Source: a virus (lineage: Duplodnaviria; Caudoviricetes). Taken from it: a stretch of DNA of 64,000 nt. Below, piece by piece: positions 30,424 to 40,716 of this stretch; the first letter of the stretch is position 1; every line of letters starts with the position of its first letter. Position numbers and translations under genes: made by a program. The notes under the pieces are model-generated. The model did no database searches, was not told the origin of the DNA, and worked only from the letters and a program-made list of their open reading frames with translations. Location of the stretch: the IMG/VR virus record IMGVR_UViG_3300009158_002556, positions 16,927 to 80,926 of that record. One strand, written 5' to 3'.

Positions 30424-31308
30424 GAATCTATGGAAGTACAAGAAATAAAAAAGAATCGAGTCAGTTTTAGTCAGTATTCAACTTATTTGAAATGTCCACA
30501 TAAATGGTATCTAGACTACGCGAAGAACTTACGCACCAGAGATGATAGTATCCACACCACCTTTGGTACCGCAATTCATCATGCGTTTCAAACATATCTG
30601 ACTTCCCTATACAATGAAGGAGTAGGTATTGCCGATTCTATGGATGTAAAGAAATTATTCTTGGACAAGTTCAATGAAGAAATCAAAAAGGTAAAAGATC
30701 TAAAAGAAGACGATGTTACCGAGTTTATATTTGATGGTCATGATATCATTGATACCTTCTGTAAGTCCGCAAATAGATTAAAACACTTTCCTACCAATGA
30801 TTATGACCTAATAGGTATTGAAATCCCTCTAGAAATCGCAATCAAAAATAATGTAAACTTCGTTGGATTCGTAGATATTATCCTCAAGGAAAAGAACAAA
30901 GAGTATTACAAGATCATCGACTTTAAAACAAGCAGTAGTGGTTGGAATAGTTACATGAAGGAAGATGAAAGCAAAATCGCTCAGCTTCATCTATACAAAT
31001 CAGTCTATAGCAAGAAGTTTAATGTTCCACTCAATAGTATTGAAGTAGAATTCTTTATTGTTAAACGTAAACTCTATGAAAATGTAAGCTACCCACAAAG
31101 CAGAATTCAAATATTCAAACCTGCATCCGGTCCTGCATCAATCAAGGAATCCATCAATAGCTTCATTGAATTCTTAAATCATAGCTTCAAAGAAGATGGT
31201 ACCTATAACTTAGAAAATCAATATATTAAGATTCCAGGCAACGCAAAAAAGAATTGTAAGTATTGTACTCATCACAAAAAACTATGTGATGGCAAAGCCA
31301 GCAAATAA
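30412..31308 (+). CDS. Cas4/AddB-like PD-(D/E)xK nuclease
   Basis: SFSQ...CP, GFVDII, IIDFKT, QLHLY and C-terminal CKYC...LC (four-Cys Fe-S pattern). Confidence 0.88.
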   Translation: MVYYESMEVQEIKKNRVSFSQYSTYLKCPHKWYLDYAKNLRTRDDSIHTTFGTAIHHAFQTYLTSLYNEGVGIADSMDVKKLFLDKFNEEIKKVKDLKEDDVTEFIFDGHDIIDTFCKSANRLKHFPTNDYDLIGIEIPLEIAIKNNVNFVGFVDIILKEKNKEYYKIIDFKTSSSGWNSYMKEDESKIAQLHLYKSVYSKKFNVPLNSIEVEFFIVKRKLYENVSYPQSRIQIFKPASGPASIKESINSFIEFLNHSFKEDGTYNLENQYIKIPGNAKKNCKYCTHHKKLCDGKASK

Positions 31309-31312
31309 AAAT

Positions 31313-31353
31313 ATCACATTTGTGAATATTTACATATGTATATATGTAAATAT
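31313..31353. repeat. two adjacent inverted repeats (putative operator)
   Basis: TCACA-tt-TGTGA followed by the perfect 12-bp inverted repeat ATATTTACATAT-gtat-ATATGTAAATAT (31326-31353). Confidence 0.7.
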
Positions 31354-31575
31354 GTTATGGACCAATTTGTTACAACAGTAAAACTAGATAATGAGTTGTA
31401 CTCACAATTCAAAGAAATCAACGTCAGAAGCAAAATATCTTTTCAAGACTTTGTAAATAAGTGTCTGGAGAGATATATTGACGATGATAACTTTAGAAAC
31501 GCAATCAGCGAAAGTGTTGTGCAAAAGTTGAGTTTCAATCGACCATTTCAACTTTCAAACCCTGAAGAAAAATAA
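31336..31575 (+). CDS. ribbon-helix-helix-like DNA-binding protein
   Basis: TTVKLDNELYSQFK...SFQDFVNKCLERY; likely start ATG 31357. Confidence 0.65.
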   Translation: MYICKYVMDQFVTTVKLDNELYSQFKEINVRSKISFQDFVNKCLERYIDDDNFRNAISESVVQKLSFNRPFQLSNPEEK

Positions 31576-32126
31576 TGAAAAAAAAGATACTATTATTAAG
31601 TGACGATTTAAGAATGCATAGTGGTGTTGCAACCATGAGTAGAGAGTTGGTATTAGGTTCTCTACATCACTATGATTGGGTACAAGTCGCAGGAGCAATT
31701 AAACACCCAGAACAAGGTAAGGTTATCGACATGAAAGAAGCATGTGATAAACTAAATGGCAGAAACGACAACTATTTGAGATTGTATCCAGCCGATGGAT
31801 ATGGTAACGAAGAATTGTTATTTCAAATAATTGCTCATGAAAAACCAGATGCTATTATGCACTTCACCGATCCTCGTTTCTGGAGTTGGTTGTATAATAT
31901 CGAACATCAGATTCGTGCCAAGATTCCACTGACATATCTAGACATTTGGGATGATCTACCATATCCAATGTGGAACAAGCCATTTTACAAGTGTTGTGAC
32001 GCATTGTTTGCAATTAGTAAACAAACAGATAATATCAATAAGTGGGTACTAGGACCAGAAAATTGTACCAGTATCTATGGTGATTTTGATAACAACGGAA
32101 ACATTATAAAGAAGGAGAACCTATAA
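31575..32126 (+). CDS. GT4-like glycosyltransferase, N-terminal half
   Basis: KILLLSDD...HSGVA, KPDAI...DP and AISKQT; ends at the GT-B domain boundary. Confidence 0.8.
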   Translation: MKKKILLLSDDLRMHSGVATMSRELVLGSLHHYDWVQVAGAIKHPEQGKVIDMKEACDKLNGRNDNYLRLYPADGYGNEELLFQIIAHEKPDAIMHFTDPRFWSWLYNIEHQIRAKIPLTYLDIWDDLPYPMWNKPFYKCCDALFAISKQTDNINKWVLGPENCTSIYGDFDNNGNIIKKENL

Positions 32127-32127
32127 T

Positions 32128-33099
32128 ATGCCAGTTAACGGAAAACATCTATTACATTTAGTACCTCATGGTATCAATAGTGACGAATTCAAACCACTTG
32201 ATAACAAGCATAAATCTATTGTTAATTTGAAGAAAGAATATTTCAAAGATAAGGACTATAGTTTCGTAATCGGTTTCAATAGCAGAAATGCTCATCGTAA
32301 ACATCCTGCGAATTTAATCCTAGCATTTAAATCGTTTTGTTCTACATTGACCAAAGAAGAAGCTGATAAATGTGCATTGTTACTTCACACAGATGAAGTT
32401 TGTGAAGCTGGTACTGATCTACCAACCACAACAAAAGCTATTGCTCCAGAATGCAATGTTATTTTTGATGATAGTCGAAAGACTCCCGAAGAAATGGTTG
32501 CTTTCTATAACATATGTGATGTTGTAGCAAATGTAAGTTCCAATGAAGGATTTGGTCTTAGTATCGCAGAATCATTGATGTGTGAAACTCCAGTTATTGC
32601 TGCCGTCACTGGCGGTCTACAAGATCAATTGGGTATTACAGATGATAATGGTAATCCAGTTGAATTCACACGTGACTTTGGTACAAATTGTACAGGAAGA
32701 TATAAGAACCATGGCAAGTGGGCTAAGCCAGTATGGACCAAGGTACACAATATGCAAGGCAGTCCTCCTACACCATATATTTTGGATGACATGACCAATT
32801 ATAGTGATATTGCAGATGCGATCATGTATTGGTACTTGGTTGGTCCAGAAAAGCGTGAAGAATGTGGTAAAGAAGGTCGTCGTTGGGCAATGAATGAAGG
32901 TGGTATTAATTCAAAGAATATGTGCGACCAATTTATCAAAGCAATGGACTTCACATTAAATAACTTTAAGCCTGTTAATAAGTTTGACTTGTTTACATTC
33001 GATGGATATAATACCAAATCATTACCAGATAATGCTTTGGGATTTGATTTACACAAAATTGATATCGACGAAATTAAAAAGGAAATAGCTACTCTATGA
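32128..33099 (+). CDS. GT4-like glycosyltransferase, C-terminal half
   Basis: VPHGINSDEFKP, SRNAHRK, NEGFGLSIAESL and TGGLQDQ. Confidence 0.85.
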   Translation: MPVNGKHLLHLVPHGINSDEFKPLDNKHKSIVNLKKEYFKDKDYSFVIGFNSRNAHRKHPANLILAFKSFCSTLTKEEADKCALLLHTDEVCEAGTDLPTTTKAIAPECNVIFDDSRKTPEEMVAFYNICDVVANVSSNEGFGLSIAESLMCETPVIAAVTGGLQDQLGITDDNGNPVEFTRDFGTNCTGRYKNHGKWAKPVWTKVHNMQGSPPTPYILDDMTNYSDIADAIMYWYLVGPEKREECGKEGRRWAMNEGGINSKNMCDQFIKAMDFTLNNFKPVNKFDLFTFDGYNTKSLPDNALGFDLHKIDIDEIKKEIATL

Positions 33100-33776
33100 A
33101 AATTCAAGTATTAAAAAACGAAGACTATCAAGGTGTAGATAATCTACCCAAAAAAGGTACAGATAGAGCTACGGGTTATGATGTAGTTGCTACAAGTGAA
33201 CCAGAAATTGTTGGTGAAACAAAAGATAATATCACATATACCAGAGTAGATTATATTCAATATAAGACTAACCTTAAACTATCTGTACAAAAAGATCGTC
33301 AATTCAGTAACTTTGGTTATACAGATATTGATCATGATGTATTAGCATTTCCACGTAGTAGTGTTAGCAAGTACAATTTAGTACTGGCTAATTGTATTGG
33401 ATTAATTGACGCAGATTATCGTGGGGAAGTATTACTTCGTTTCAAATATATCTGGCAACCAGAAGATTATAAAATTACAAAGGATAATCTTTTGGAAGGT
33501 ATCGTCAATATCAACAAAATCTACAAAAAAGGTGATAAAGTTTGTCAACTCAAAGCAACTAAAGTAGAAAATGTAGAATTTGTTTTAGTGAACGAGTTGG
33601 ATTCTACCAAGAGAGGTGATGGTGGTTTTGGAAGCACAGATACAAAGAAAGCTCCAACTGCCGAAGATGCTAGTAAACATATGAATACAATGGAAGCAAT
33701 TTATACAAAATTAGGCGGTACTAACTATGTACCAAAAAAGTATGTGGAAATAATGAAAGAAAGGAACTTACAATAA
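33096..33776 (+). CDS. dut: trimeric dUTPase
   Basis: ATGYD, PRSS, GLIDADYRGE and RGDGGFGST motifs. Confidence 0.93.
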   Translation: MKIQVLKNEDYQGVDNLPKKGTDRATGYDVVATSEPEIVGETKDNITYTRVDYIQYKTNLKLSVQKDRQFSNFGYTDIDHDVLAFPRSSVSKYNLVLANCIGLIDADYRGEVLLRFKYIWQPEDYKITKDNLLEGIVNINKIYKKGDKVCQLKATKVENVEFVLVNELDSTKRGDGGFGSTDTKKAPTAEDASKHMNTMEAIYTKLGGTNYVPKKYVEIMKERNLQ

Positions 33777-33777
33777 T

Positions 33778-35121
33778 ATGAACAAACCGTTGTGTGTAAT
33801 TCAGGCACCAGTTTTTAATCGTAGTGGTTATGGAGATTGGGCTACTACAATCGCCAAGAGTCTAATTCGTCAAGATAAATACGACTTAAAGATTCTACCA
33901 ACACGTTGGGGTAATTGTCAAACCAAGAGATTCGTAGAAGAGTTAAATGATCCAAATGATCAAGTACTATTCTCTAAGTTCCTACAAAAAGGATTGGATA
34001 AACAACCAGACTTATTTATTCAAGTTACCATTCCAAATGAATTTCAAAAGGTTGGTAAGTATAACATTGGTATGACCGCCGGTATTGAAACTACCGCTTG
34101 TGCAGGTGAGTGGATTGAAGGTGTAAATCGTATGGATCTAACCATTGGTCTATCAAATCATGTTAAGAAAACATTCCAAGATACCAAATACAAAAAGAAA
34201 TCGGAAAATGGTAAAGAAGAGCCCATCGAAGTAAACAAACCAATGGAAGTTTGTTTTTGGGGAGCCAACACAGATATCTATAAGAAAACTGACATCATTG
34301 AACCAAACGTTGATAGTGCTTTGTCCAAGATTTCAGAAAAATATGCATTTTTGTTTGTTGGTCAATGGACGCATCAAGGTTTATACAATGATCGTAAAGA
34401 TATTGGAAACCTTATCAAAACATTTTGTAATACGTTCAAGAACTTTGATGTAAATAATAGACCTTGTTTGATTCTAAAGACAAATGGTGCTGGTTACTCA
34501 ACCGTTGATCGATTTGATACACTAGAAAGAATCAATAAGATTCGTGATAGTGTAAGTCCAAATTCTCCAAGTGTTTATCTATTACATGGTGAATTGAATG
34601 ATGTTGAAATGAATAGTTTGTTCAACCATCCAAAGGTAATCAGTCACATATCATTTACCCATGGTGAAGGTTTTGGTCATCCTATGTTGTTATCAACATT
34701 AAGCGGTAAGCCACTTCTTGCTCCAAACTGGAGTGGTCATTTGGACTATTTGAATCCAGCAAATGCAAATCTATTGCCTGGTACTTTGGTTGATGTTGAT
34801 AAAAAATCAGTTAATGAGTGGATCATCAAGGAAAGTAAGTGGTTTAGAGTATCTTATTCACTCGCTGAAGATAAGATGAAGTACATTTATCAGCACAGAA
34901 ACAATGATAAAGTTATTCAAAAAGCTGAATATCTACGTGCTGAAAATGCTGAGAAGTTTAGTTTACAAGCAATGGATACCAAGTTGTGGTCTATATTGGA
35001 TAAATATGTTCCAGTATTTGCCACTGAGAATAAGTTTGTTCTACCCAAATTAAAATCAGTTGGTAGTTTAGTTGCGAATGCAACCGATAAATTAGTATTA
35101 CCAAAGTTAAAGATGCAATAA
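33778..35121 (+). CDS. GT4-like glycosyltransferase
   Basis: RSGYG, AGIET, DRKDIG, HGEGFG and NWSGHLD. Confidence 0.85.
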   Translation: MNKPLCVIQAPVFNRSGYGDWATTIAKSLIRQDKYDLKILPTRWGNCQTKRFVEELNDPNDQVLFSKFLQKGLDKQPDLFIQVTIPNEFQKVGKYNIGMTAGIETTACAGEWIEGVNRMDLTIGLSNHVKKTFQDTKYKKKSENGKEEPIEVNKPMEVCFWGANTDIYKKTDIIEPNVDSALSKISEKYAFLFVGQWTHQGLYNDRKDIGNLIKTFCNTFKNFDVNNRPCLILKTNGAGYSTVDRFDTLERINKIRDSVSPNSPSVYLLHGELNDVEMNSLFNHPKVISHISFTHGEGFGHPMLLSTLSGKPLLAPNWSGHLDYLNPANANLLPGTLVDVDKKSVNEWIIKESKWFRVSYSLAEDKMKYIYQHRNNDKVIQKAEYLRAENAEKFSLQAMDTKLWSILDKYVPVFATENKFVLPKLKSVGSLVANATDKLVLPKLKMQ

Positions 35122-35122
35122 T

Positions 35123-35770
35123 ATGTTTTTGTCATATCTAGTTACTTGTCATAACGAAACCTCTAGCTTAGATAAACTACTATCCAAGTTAGTACAAAAT
35201 AAAAAAGATAACCATGAAATTGTTCTTCTTGATGATTATTCGGATAATCCAGAGTCTTTGGAGATTATACAAAAATATAAAGAAAAAACGTCGTTCCATC
35301 AACACAAACTAGATCGTAACTATGGCGCACACAAAAACTATGGTATTGAACAATGCAAAGGTACTTGGATATTTCAGCTTGATGGAGATGAATATCCAAC
35401 AGATCTTCTTTTGGAAAATATAGATGTGGTGTTGGAATCTAATGTTGATAACGAAGTACTTTGGTTGCCAAGACTCAATTACTTTACAGGTGTTACTGAG
35501 TTAGATGTAAAGACTTGGGGTTGGAATTATCAAGATGGTATGATAAACTATCCAGATTACCAATCCCGTATCTATAGAAATCTTTCACATATTCGATATC
35601 AACGTAGACTACATGAAAAGGTTGAGGGATTTAAATCGTATACATTTGTTCCTCCACAAAAGGATTATGCAATCGTACATGAGAAAACTATTGAAAAGCA
35701 ACGTCAAACCAACTTAAACTATAACAAACTCTTCAGTGAGGACGAAAATAAAGGATATAACGTAAGATGA
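35123..35770 (+). CDS. GT2 glycosyltransferase
   Basis: TCHNE, LDDYS, WIFQLDGDE, PDYQ and LHE. Confidence 0.85.
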   Translation: MFLSYLVTCHNETSSLDKLLSKLVQNKKDNHEIVLLDDYSDNPESLEIIQKYKEKTSFHQHKLDRNYGAHKNYGIEQCKGTWIFQLDGDEYPTDLLLENIDVVLESNVDNEVLWLPRLNYFTGVTELDVKTWGWNYQDGMINYPDYQSRIYRNLSHIRYQRRLHEKVEGFKSYTFVPPQKDYAIVHEKTIEKQRQTNLNYNKLFSEDENKGYNVR

Positions 35771-36402
35771 AACACATAAACTATTTTGATTTGGGACTTT
35801 GGAAAAGAGCAGATGAATTACATTATATGGTAGATGTTATATTACCACAATTTAAAAATATTACATATACAGCATATGGAATTGAAGCGCATCCAGAGTA
35901 TGCGAATGACATAAAAAACAAGTATCGTAATAATCCTAATGTAAAAATATTTAATAAAGCAATTTCAAATAATGTTTCTAAATCTAAATTATTTATATCC
36001 GATATCAATAATGGTTTGGGAAATTCAATATTTAAAACAAAAAATAATGTTAATATAAACTCTTATGTTGAAGTAGAAACTACACCTTTTTCTGATTGGT
36101 TAAAAGAAAATGAAATAGATTTATCTAATAGTATTAATATACTAAAAGTTAATATAGAAGGCGCGGAATTATTTCTGTGGGAAGATTTTAAAAAAAATAA
36201 TTTAAGAGATAGTTTTCATATATTGTGCGGTCATCCTTCTCATGACATACATAAAGTTTCCGAATTATGTAATCGAATAGATTATTATAACTCACTTTTA
36301 GTAGAATTAAATATAAATTTAATGTACTTCTGTCATACGAATAGTCGAGTATCCACAGACAATATGACCACATCTATAACAAATTTTTTAAAAAATGAAT
36401 AA
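35767..36402 (+). CDS. FkbM-like methyltransferase
   Basis: FDLG, GIEAHP and LKVNIEGAE. Confidence 0.75.
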   Translation: MKHINYFDLGLWKRADELHYMVDVILPQFKNITYTAYGIEAHPEYANDIKNKYRNNPNVKIFNKAISNNVSKSKLFISDINNGLGNSIFKTKNNVNINSYVEVETTPFSDWLKENEIDLSNSINILKVNIEGAELFLWEDFKKNNLRDSFHILCGHPSHDIHKVSELCNRIDYYNSLLVELNINLMYFCHTNSRVSTDNMTTSITNFLKNE

Positions 36403-37177
36403 TATCATGTCGAATAAAAAAATAGCATACTGCATGGTAGGTTGCATAGGTGGTTTACAAGGTAAAAATCATCAAAAACTATCAGGATCTGAACTCGTTT
36501 TAGAAAACGTATCCAAAAGTTTTTTTAACAACGTCTATAAGGACAATATAGACGTTTTCATCCATTCTTGGGATACACACTTACACGAATCGTATTGTAA
36601 GATATATAATCCTAAAAAAATAAAGATAGAAGAACAGATAGTTTTTAATATACCAAAACACATTGATAATACTCCTCGTGCGCAGGCACATTTTAGTAGA
36701 TGGTATAGTACAAATGAAGTATATAAACTTACAGACGAATATGAAAAAGAAAACAATATAAAATACGATCTTATAGTTCTAACCAGATTAGATTTGTATT
36801 GGTTGCAAAAAGTAAATCTTTCTGAATTGAATTCGAATCTAATTAATTTAGATCAAGTCATTATGCCATATGGAATATATGGAAGTAAAGATTCAATTGA
36901 ATTAGCGGATAGATTTATCGCTTCCAATAAGAAAAATATAGAATTAGTTTCGACTTTATACAACAATATATCTGATTATATGTTACCAAATAGATGTGGT
37001 AACTGGAATGGAATTTCTAGTCATTTCTTGTTACCATATCATTTGAAAGAATTAGGATTAAGAAATAAAGTAGAGTTTCCTTATTTTTATCACGATAAAG
37101 CGGCATTAAAACCTTTGAATGAAAGTCATTTAACAATTGCGAGAGATATTTACGAAAAAACACATTTTAAAAAATAA
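36395..37177 (+). CDS. hypothetical protein, possible GT-A fold
   Basis: KIAYCMVG, DVFIHSW, YDLIVLTRLD and DRF motifs; glycan context. Confidence 0.45.
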   Translation: MNNIMSNKKIAYCMVGCIGGLQGKNHQKLSGSELVLENVSKSFFNNVYKDNIDVFIHSWDTHLHESYCKIYNPKKIKIEEQIVFNIPKHIDNTPRAQAHFSRWYSTNEVYKLTDEYEKENNIKYDLIVLTRLDLYWLQKVNLSELNSNLINLDQVIMPYGIYGSKDSIELADRFIASNKKNIELVSTLYNNISDYMLPNRCGNWNGISSHFLLPYHLKELGLRNKVEFPYFYHDKAALKPLNESHLTIARDIYEKTHFKK

Positions 37178-37180
37178 TCT

Positions 37181-39097
37181 ATGAAAACAATTTATAAACC
37201 TTGGGGAAGAGAAGAATGGTTGGAATTAAATGAAAAATATTGTTATAAACGTATTTACATTAACGCTGGATACAAGACGAGTTATCAATACCACAATTTT
37301 AAACGTGAAACCAATTATATTATTTCTGGCCAGGCAGAAATTTGGTTGGAAAATAATAACGGCGTAGTTGAAAAAACAATAATGAGCGCCGGTGAGTATT
37401 TTAACGTAACACCACCTAAAAAGCATAGAGTAATAGCTTTAACTGATATTATTCTGCAAGAAGTATCTACACCCGAAGTAGACGATGTAATTCGATTAGA
37501 AGATGATACCAATAGAAAAGATGGTAAGATTGAATCGGAACATCAAACTCCTTCTGTATTGATCCTTGCTGCTGGATTAGGTAGTCGATTGAAACATCAC
37601 ACCGAATCTAAAAATAAAGCATTGTTGCCTATTAATAACAAAGCTATCATTTCATATATAATCGACAAATTTCCTAAGAACTACGAGTTGGTAGTTGCCG
37701 TGGGTTATAAGAAGGATTCATTGATTGAATATTGTACAGTAGCACATCCCGATAGAAAGTTTACGTTTGTTCATGTAGATAAATGGGAAAATCCCAATGT
37801 AGGACCTGGTTATTCAACTTTAAAGTGTAAACAACATTTACAAAAGCCATTCTATATAATTACAGCCGATTGTTTAATCGATTCAGAACTTCCTTCTATT
37901 GACGGAAATTGGTTGGGTGTATATCCTACTAGTTATCCAGAAAAATATTCAACGATTAACGTAGATCCAAACGGAAACGTATTAGACTTTAAAAATAAAT
38001 GTAAAAATGGTTATGACCAAGCATTTATAGGATTAGCCAGTGTTTTCGATTACGAAATTTTCTGGAAAGAATTGGAAACAAATACCACTGACTATGAACT
38101 AGTATCAGCTTGGTTTAATTCTAAAAAATATTCTACACTAAAATCGAAAGAACTAAAATGGTTTGATACTGGCAATTTGGATGATATTCAAAATACAAAA
38201 TCGCATTTTAAAGACGTTCCATTGTCATTACATAAAAATATAGACGAAATTACGTATAAAATTAACAATAAATTCTTGAAGTTTAATGCAGATGTTCAGA
38301 TTACCAATAACAGATGTAATAGAGGACTAAAATTAAGATCATTGGTACCAAATAACTTAAGATCAAATAACAACTTTCTTTCATATGATTGGACAGATGG
38401 CATTACATTATATGAATACAATTCTTATAATATCTACTCTAAGTTTCTGCCATTTTTTAAGAACACAATTGATAATTCAAAAACGTGGTTAGATTCAAAT
38501 CTCATTAGTAAATTTTACGTAGATAAAACAAACGTAAGAAAAAAAATGTTTTTAAATTTGTACGGCGATGACTTTCTAAATAAAAGGTTTAATATCAACG
38601 ACGTTGAATATCCATCAATGTCTGAGTTACTAGATAAAGTAGATTTTCCATCGTTGTCCTCTAATTTACTATATTCTAATTTTCACGGAGACCTACAATT
38701 CGATAATATCATTTATAATACAAAAGATGATAAATTCACATATATTGATTGGAGAGAATCTTTTGCGGGAGATACTAATGGTGGTGATTTATATTATGAT
38801 TTAGGAAAACTGTATGGCGGATGTTTGTTACCATACAATTTGTTGAAAAATGCACACTATGTTAATTTCACAGCCGGTCATTCTTATATCAAATATGACT
38901 ATCAAATTAACGATTCTTTAAAGGAATTTACAAGTACATACGAAAATTGGTTGACTAGTAATGGCTATAATTTAAACAAGGTCAAATTGATTACAGGTTT
39001 AATCTATCTAAACATGTCTCCGCTACATGATTCAAAGTTTAATAAACTTTTATGGTTTAAATCAATTGAACTATTAAATGAATGTGTCAATAAATAA
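37181..39097 (+). CDS. cupin + nucleotidyltransferase + APH/choline-kinase-like triple fusion
   Basis: KPWGRE...SYQYH..KRET...HR (type II PMI-like cupin); ILAAGLGSR...KAL (NTP transferase); FHGDLQFDNI...IDWR...YDLGKL (kinase). Confidence 0.85.
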   Translation: MKTIYKPWGREEWLELNEKYCYKRIYINAGYKTSYQYHNFKRETNYIISGQAEIWLENNNGVVEKTIMSAGEYFNVTPPKKHRVIALTDIILQEVSTPEVDDVIRLEDDTNRKDGKIESEHQTPSVLILAAGLGSRLKHHTESKNKALLPINNKAIISYIIDKFPKNYELVVAVGYKKDSLIEYCTVAHPDRKFTFVHVDKWENPNVGPGYSTLKCKQHLQKPFYIITADCLIDSELPSIDGNWLGVYPTSYPEKYSTINVDPNGNVLDFKNKCKNGYDQAFIGLASVFDYEIFWKELETNTTDYELVSAWFNSKKYSTLKSKELKWFDTGNLDDIQNTKSHFKDVPLSLHKNIDEITYKINNKFLKFNADVQITNNRCNRGLKLRSLVPNNLRSNNNFLSYDWTDGITLYEYNSYNIYSKFLPFFKNTIDNSKTWLDSNLISKFYVDKTNVRKKMFLNLYGDDFLNKRFNINDVEYPSMSELLDKVDFPSLSSNLLYSNFHGDLQFDNIIYNTKDDKFTYIDWRESFAGDTNGGDLYYDLGKLYGGCLLPYNLLKNAHYVNFTAGHSYIKYDYQINDSLKEFTSTYENWLTSNGYNLNKVKLITGLIYLNMSPLHDSKFNKLLWFKSIELLNECVNK

Positions 39098-39731
39098 GGA
39101 TACAAAAATATATTGTAGTTTTAGCAAAACAGCCGGTAATAAAGGATGTGAATTCTTTAACAAATCATTTGCAAAATATAATATAGATGCCTTATACAAA
39201 TCGTTTTCTATTAATAATATAAACGATGCTTATAAAGCGGCACTTTGTCTTAAATTTTCAGGTTGTGCAATTGCTATGCCTTTTAAAAAACAAGCATACG
39301 AACTTGTAACATATAAAGATGAAAGTGCCGAATTAAGCAAATCTGTAAATACTATTATATTCGATCATAATACAGATACATCTATAGGGTATAATACAGA
39401 TTATTATGCTACAGACATCATTCTTAAACCTTATATAAAAACCTATAAAATTATTAACATACTAGGCAACGGCGGATTATCTACCGCCGTTCAAGCTAAA
39501 TGTCGTGATTTAGGATTTGAAGTAAATCTAATAACAAGAGAAAACTGGAATACAATTAAAGATTTAAAAGATTCGTTAATATTTAATTGTACGTCTGTTA
39601 ATAATATAGAGGTAAAACCAAACAACGTTTTTATAGATTGTATAATAGGAACCAGCACAGGCGACGAGTTTCATAAGTATCAATCACATAAACAATTTAC
39701 GTTATATACAAATCTAATATATGAAGTATAG
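39078..39731 (+). CDS. shikimate dehydrogenase (AroE)-like oxidoreductase
   Basis: MPFKK (catalytic Lys), SVNT, GYNTD (catalytic Asp) and ILGNGG. Confidence 0.78.
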   Translation: MNVSINKDTKIYCSFSKTAGNKGCEFFNKSFAKYNIDALYKSFSINNINDAYKAALCLKFSGCAIAMPFKKQAYELVTYKDESAELSKSVNTIIFDHNTDTSIGYNTDYYATDIILKPYIKTYKIINILGNGGLSTAVQAKCRDLGFEVNLITRENWNTIKDLKDSLIFNCTSVNNIEVKPNNVFIDCIIGTSTGDEFHKYQSHKQFTLYTNLIYEV

Positions 39732-40716
39732 GTATGGAATAGGAGTGATGTCCAAAAATATTGTAGACGAGTGTATAAATTATGCTAATAATTTTAATGT
39801 AAACATTGCTTTCATACCATCACGTAGACAAGTAGACAACGATGGTGGTTATGTAAACAACTGGACAACCGAAACATTTTCTTATTATGTTAAATCAAAA
39901 ACGAGTAATATAATACTTAAAAGAGATCACGGCGGTCCACATCAAGGAAAGTACGTAGATGATGGTACCATTTCATTATATAATGATTGTATATACTTTG
40001 ATTCTATACACATAGATCCTTGGAAAATTGCAAATAACTTTTATGAAGGGTGTGTATTAACCAAAGATCTTATTAAATTTTGTCACAACAAAAACAAAAA
40101 TATTTGGTTTGAAATAGGCACAGAACAATCAATATTTCACTATGAATCAGATCAACTACACGATCTTATCAGTTATTTAAAAAACAATTTGTCAAGTGGT
40201 GAGTATGAACAAATCAAGTATGGTGTAATACAGAGTGGTACGTCTTTAAAAGAAAATAAAAACACGGGGTCGTATAATAATCAAAGATTGGTTGATATGG
40301 TCTCTATATGTAAGAAGTTTGGTTTGTTGTCTAAAGAACACAACGGAGATTATCTACCGTTACAATTAATCGAAGAAAAGTTTTACTATGGATTAGATGC
40401 TATTAATATAGCACCGGAGTTTGGTCAGATAGAAACAAAAACATATCTTGATGAAGTAAGATATAGTTCGTTGTTTGAAACTTTTTTTGATATCTGTTAT
40501 TCTTCAAAGAAATGGGAAAAATGGGTTGACAAATCTTTTAATCCATTTATAAATAAAGAACGATTAATCAATATATGTGGACACTATGTGTTATCTACAG
40601 ATAGATTCGTTAACGAAATTAAAAATAAAGTGAGATACGATATAGATAATCTCATACGAGAAAACATCAGAAATAAACTAAATGAATTATACAAAACCAA
40701 AAACGATATTTTGTGA
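39721..40716 (+). CDS. GatZ/KbaZ-like TIM-barrel sugar-phosphate epimerase/aldolase-like protein
   Basis: RDHGGP, IHID, EIGTE, KEHNGDY and NIAPEFG parallel the GatZ motifs DHLGP, IHLD, VIGTE, EAHSTDY and KVGPALT. Confidence 0.65.
   Translation: MKYRYGIGVMSKNIVDECINYANNFNVNIAFIPSRRQVDNDGGYVNNWTTETFSYYVKSKTSNIILKRDHGGPHQGKYVDDGTISLYNDCIYFDSIHIDPWKIANNFYEGCVLTKDLIKFCHNKNKNIWFEIGTEQSIFHYESDQLHDLISYLKNNLSSGEYEQIKYGVIQSGTSLKENKNTGSYNNQRLVDMVSICKKFGLLSKEHNGDYLPLQLIEEKFYYGLDAINIAPEFGQIETKTYLDEVRYSSLFETFFDICYSSKKWEKWVDKSFNPFINKERLINICGHYVLSTDRFVNEIKNKVRYDIDNLIRENIRNKLNELYKTKNDIL

Noticed and set aside
30412-31357. CRISPR-Cas system around the Cas4-like nuclease
   Set aside because: No repeat-spacer array or other cas gene; stand-alone Cas4-like nucleases are common in phages.
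22547-35770. DNA hypermodification by GTs next to the polymerase and dUTPase
   Set aside because: No dCMP/dUMP hydroxymethylase, TET/JBP or similar base-activating enzyme is in the window, and the GT diversity far exceeds known DNA glycosylation. Not excluded genome-wide.
39078-39731. Canonical aroE for aromatic amino acid synthesis
   Set aside because: The protein is short, has no other aro genes nearby and overlaps sugar-nucleotide genes, so no symbol was assigned.
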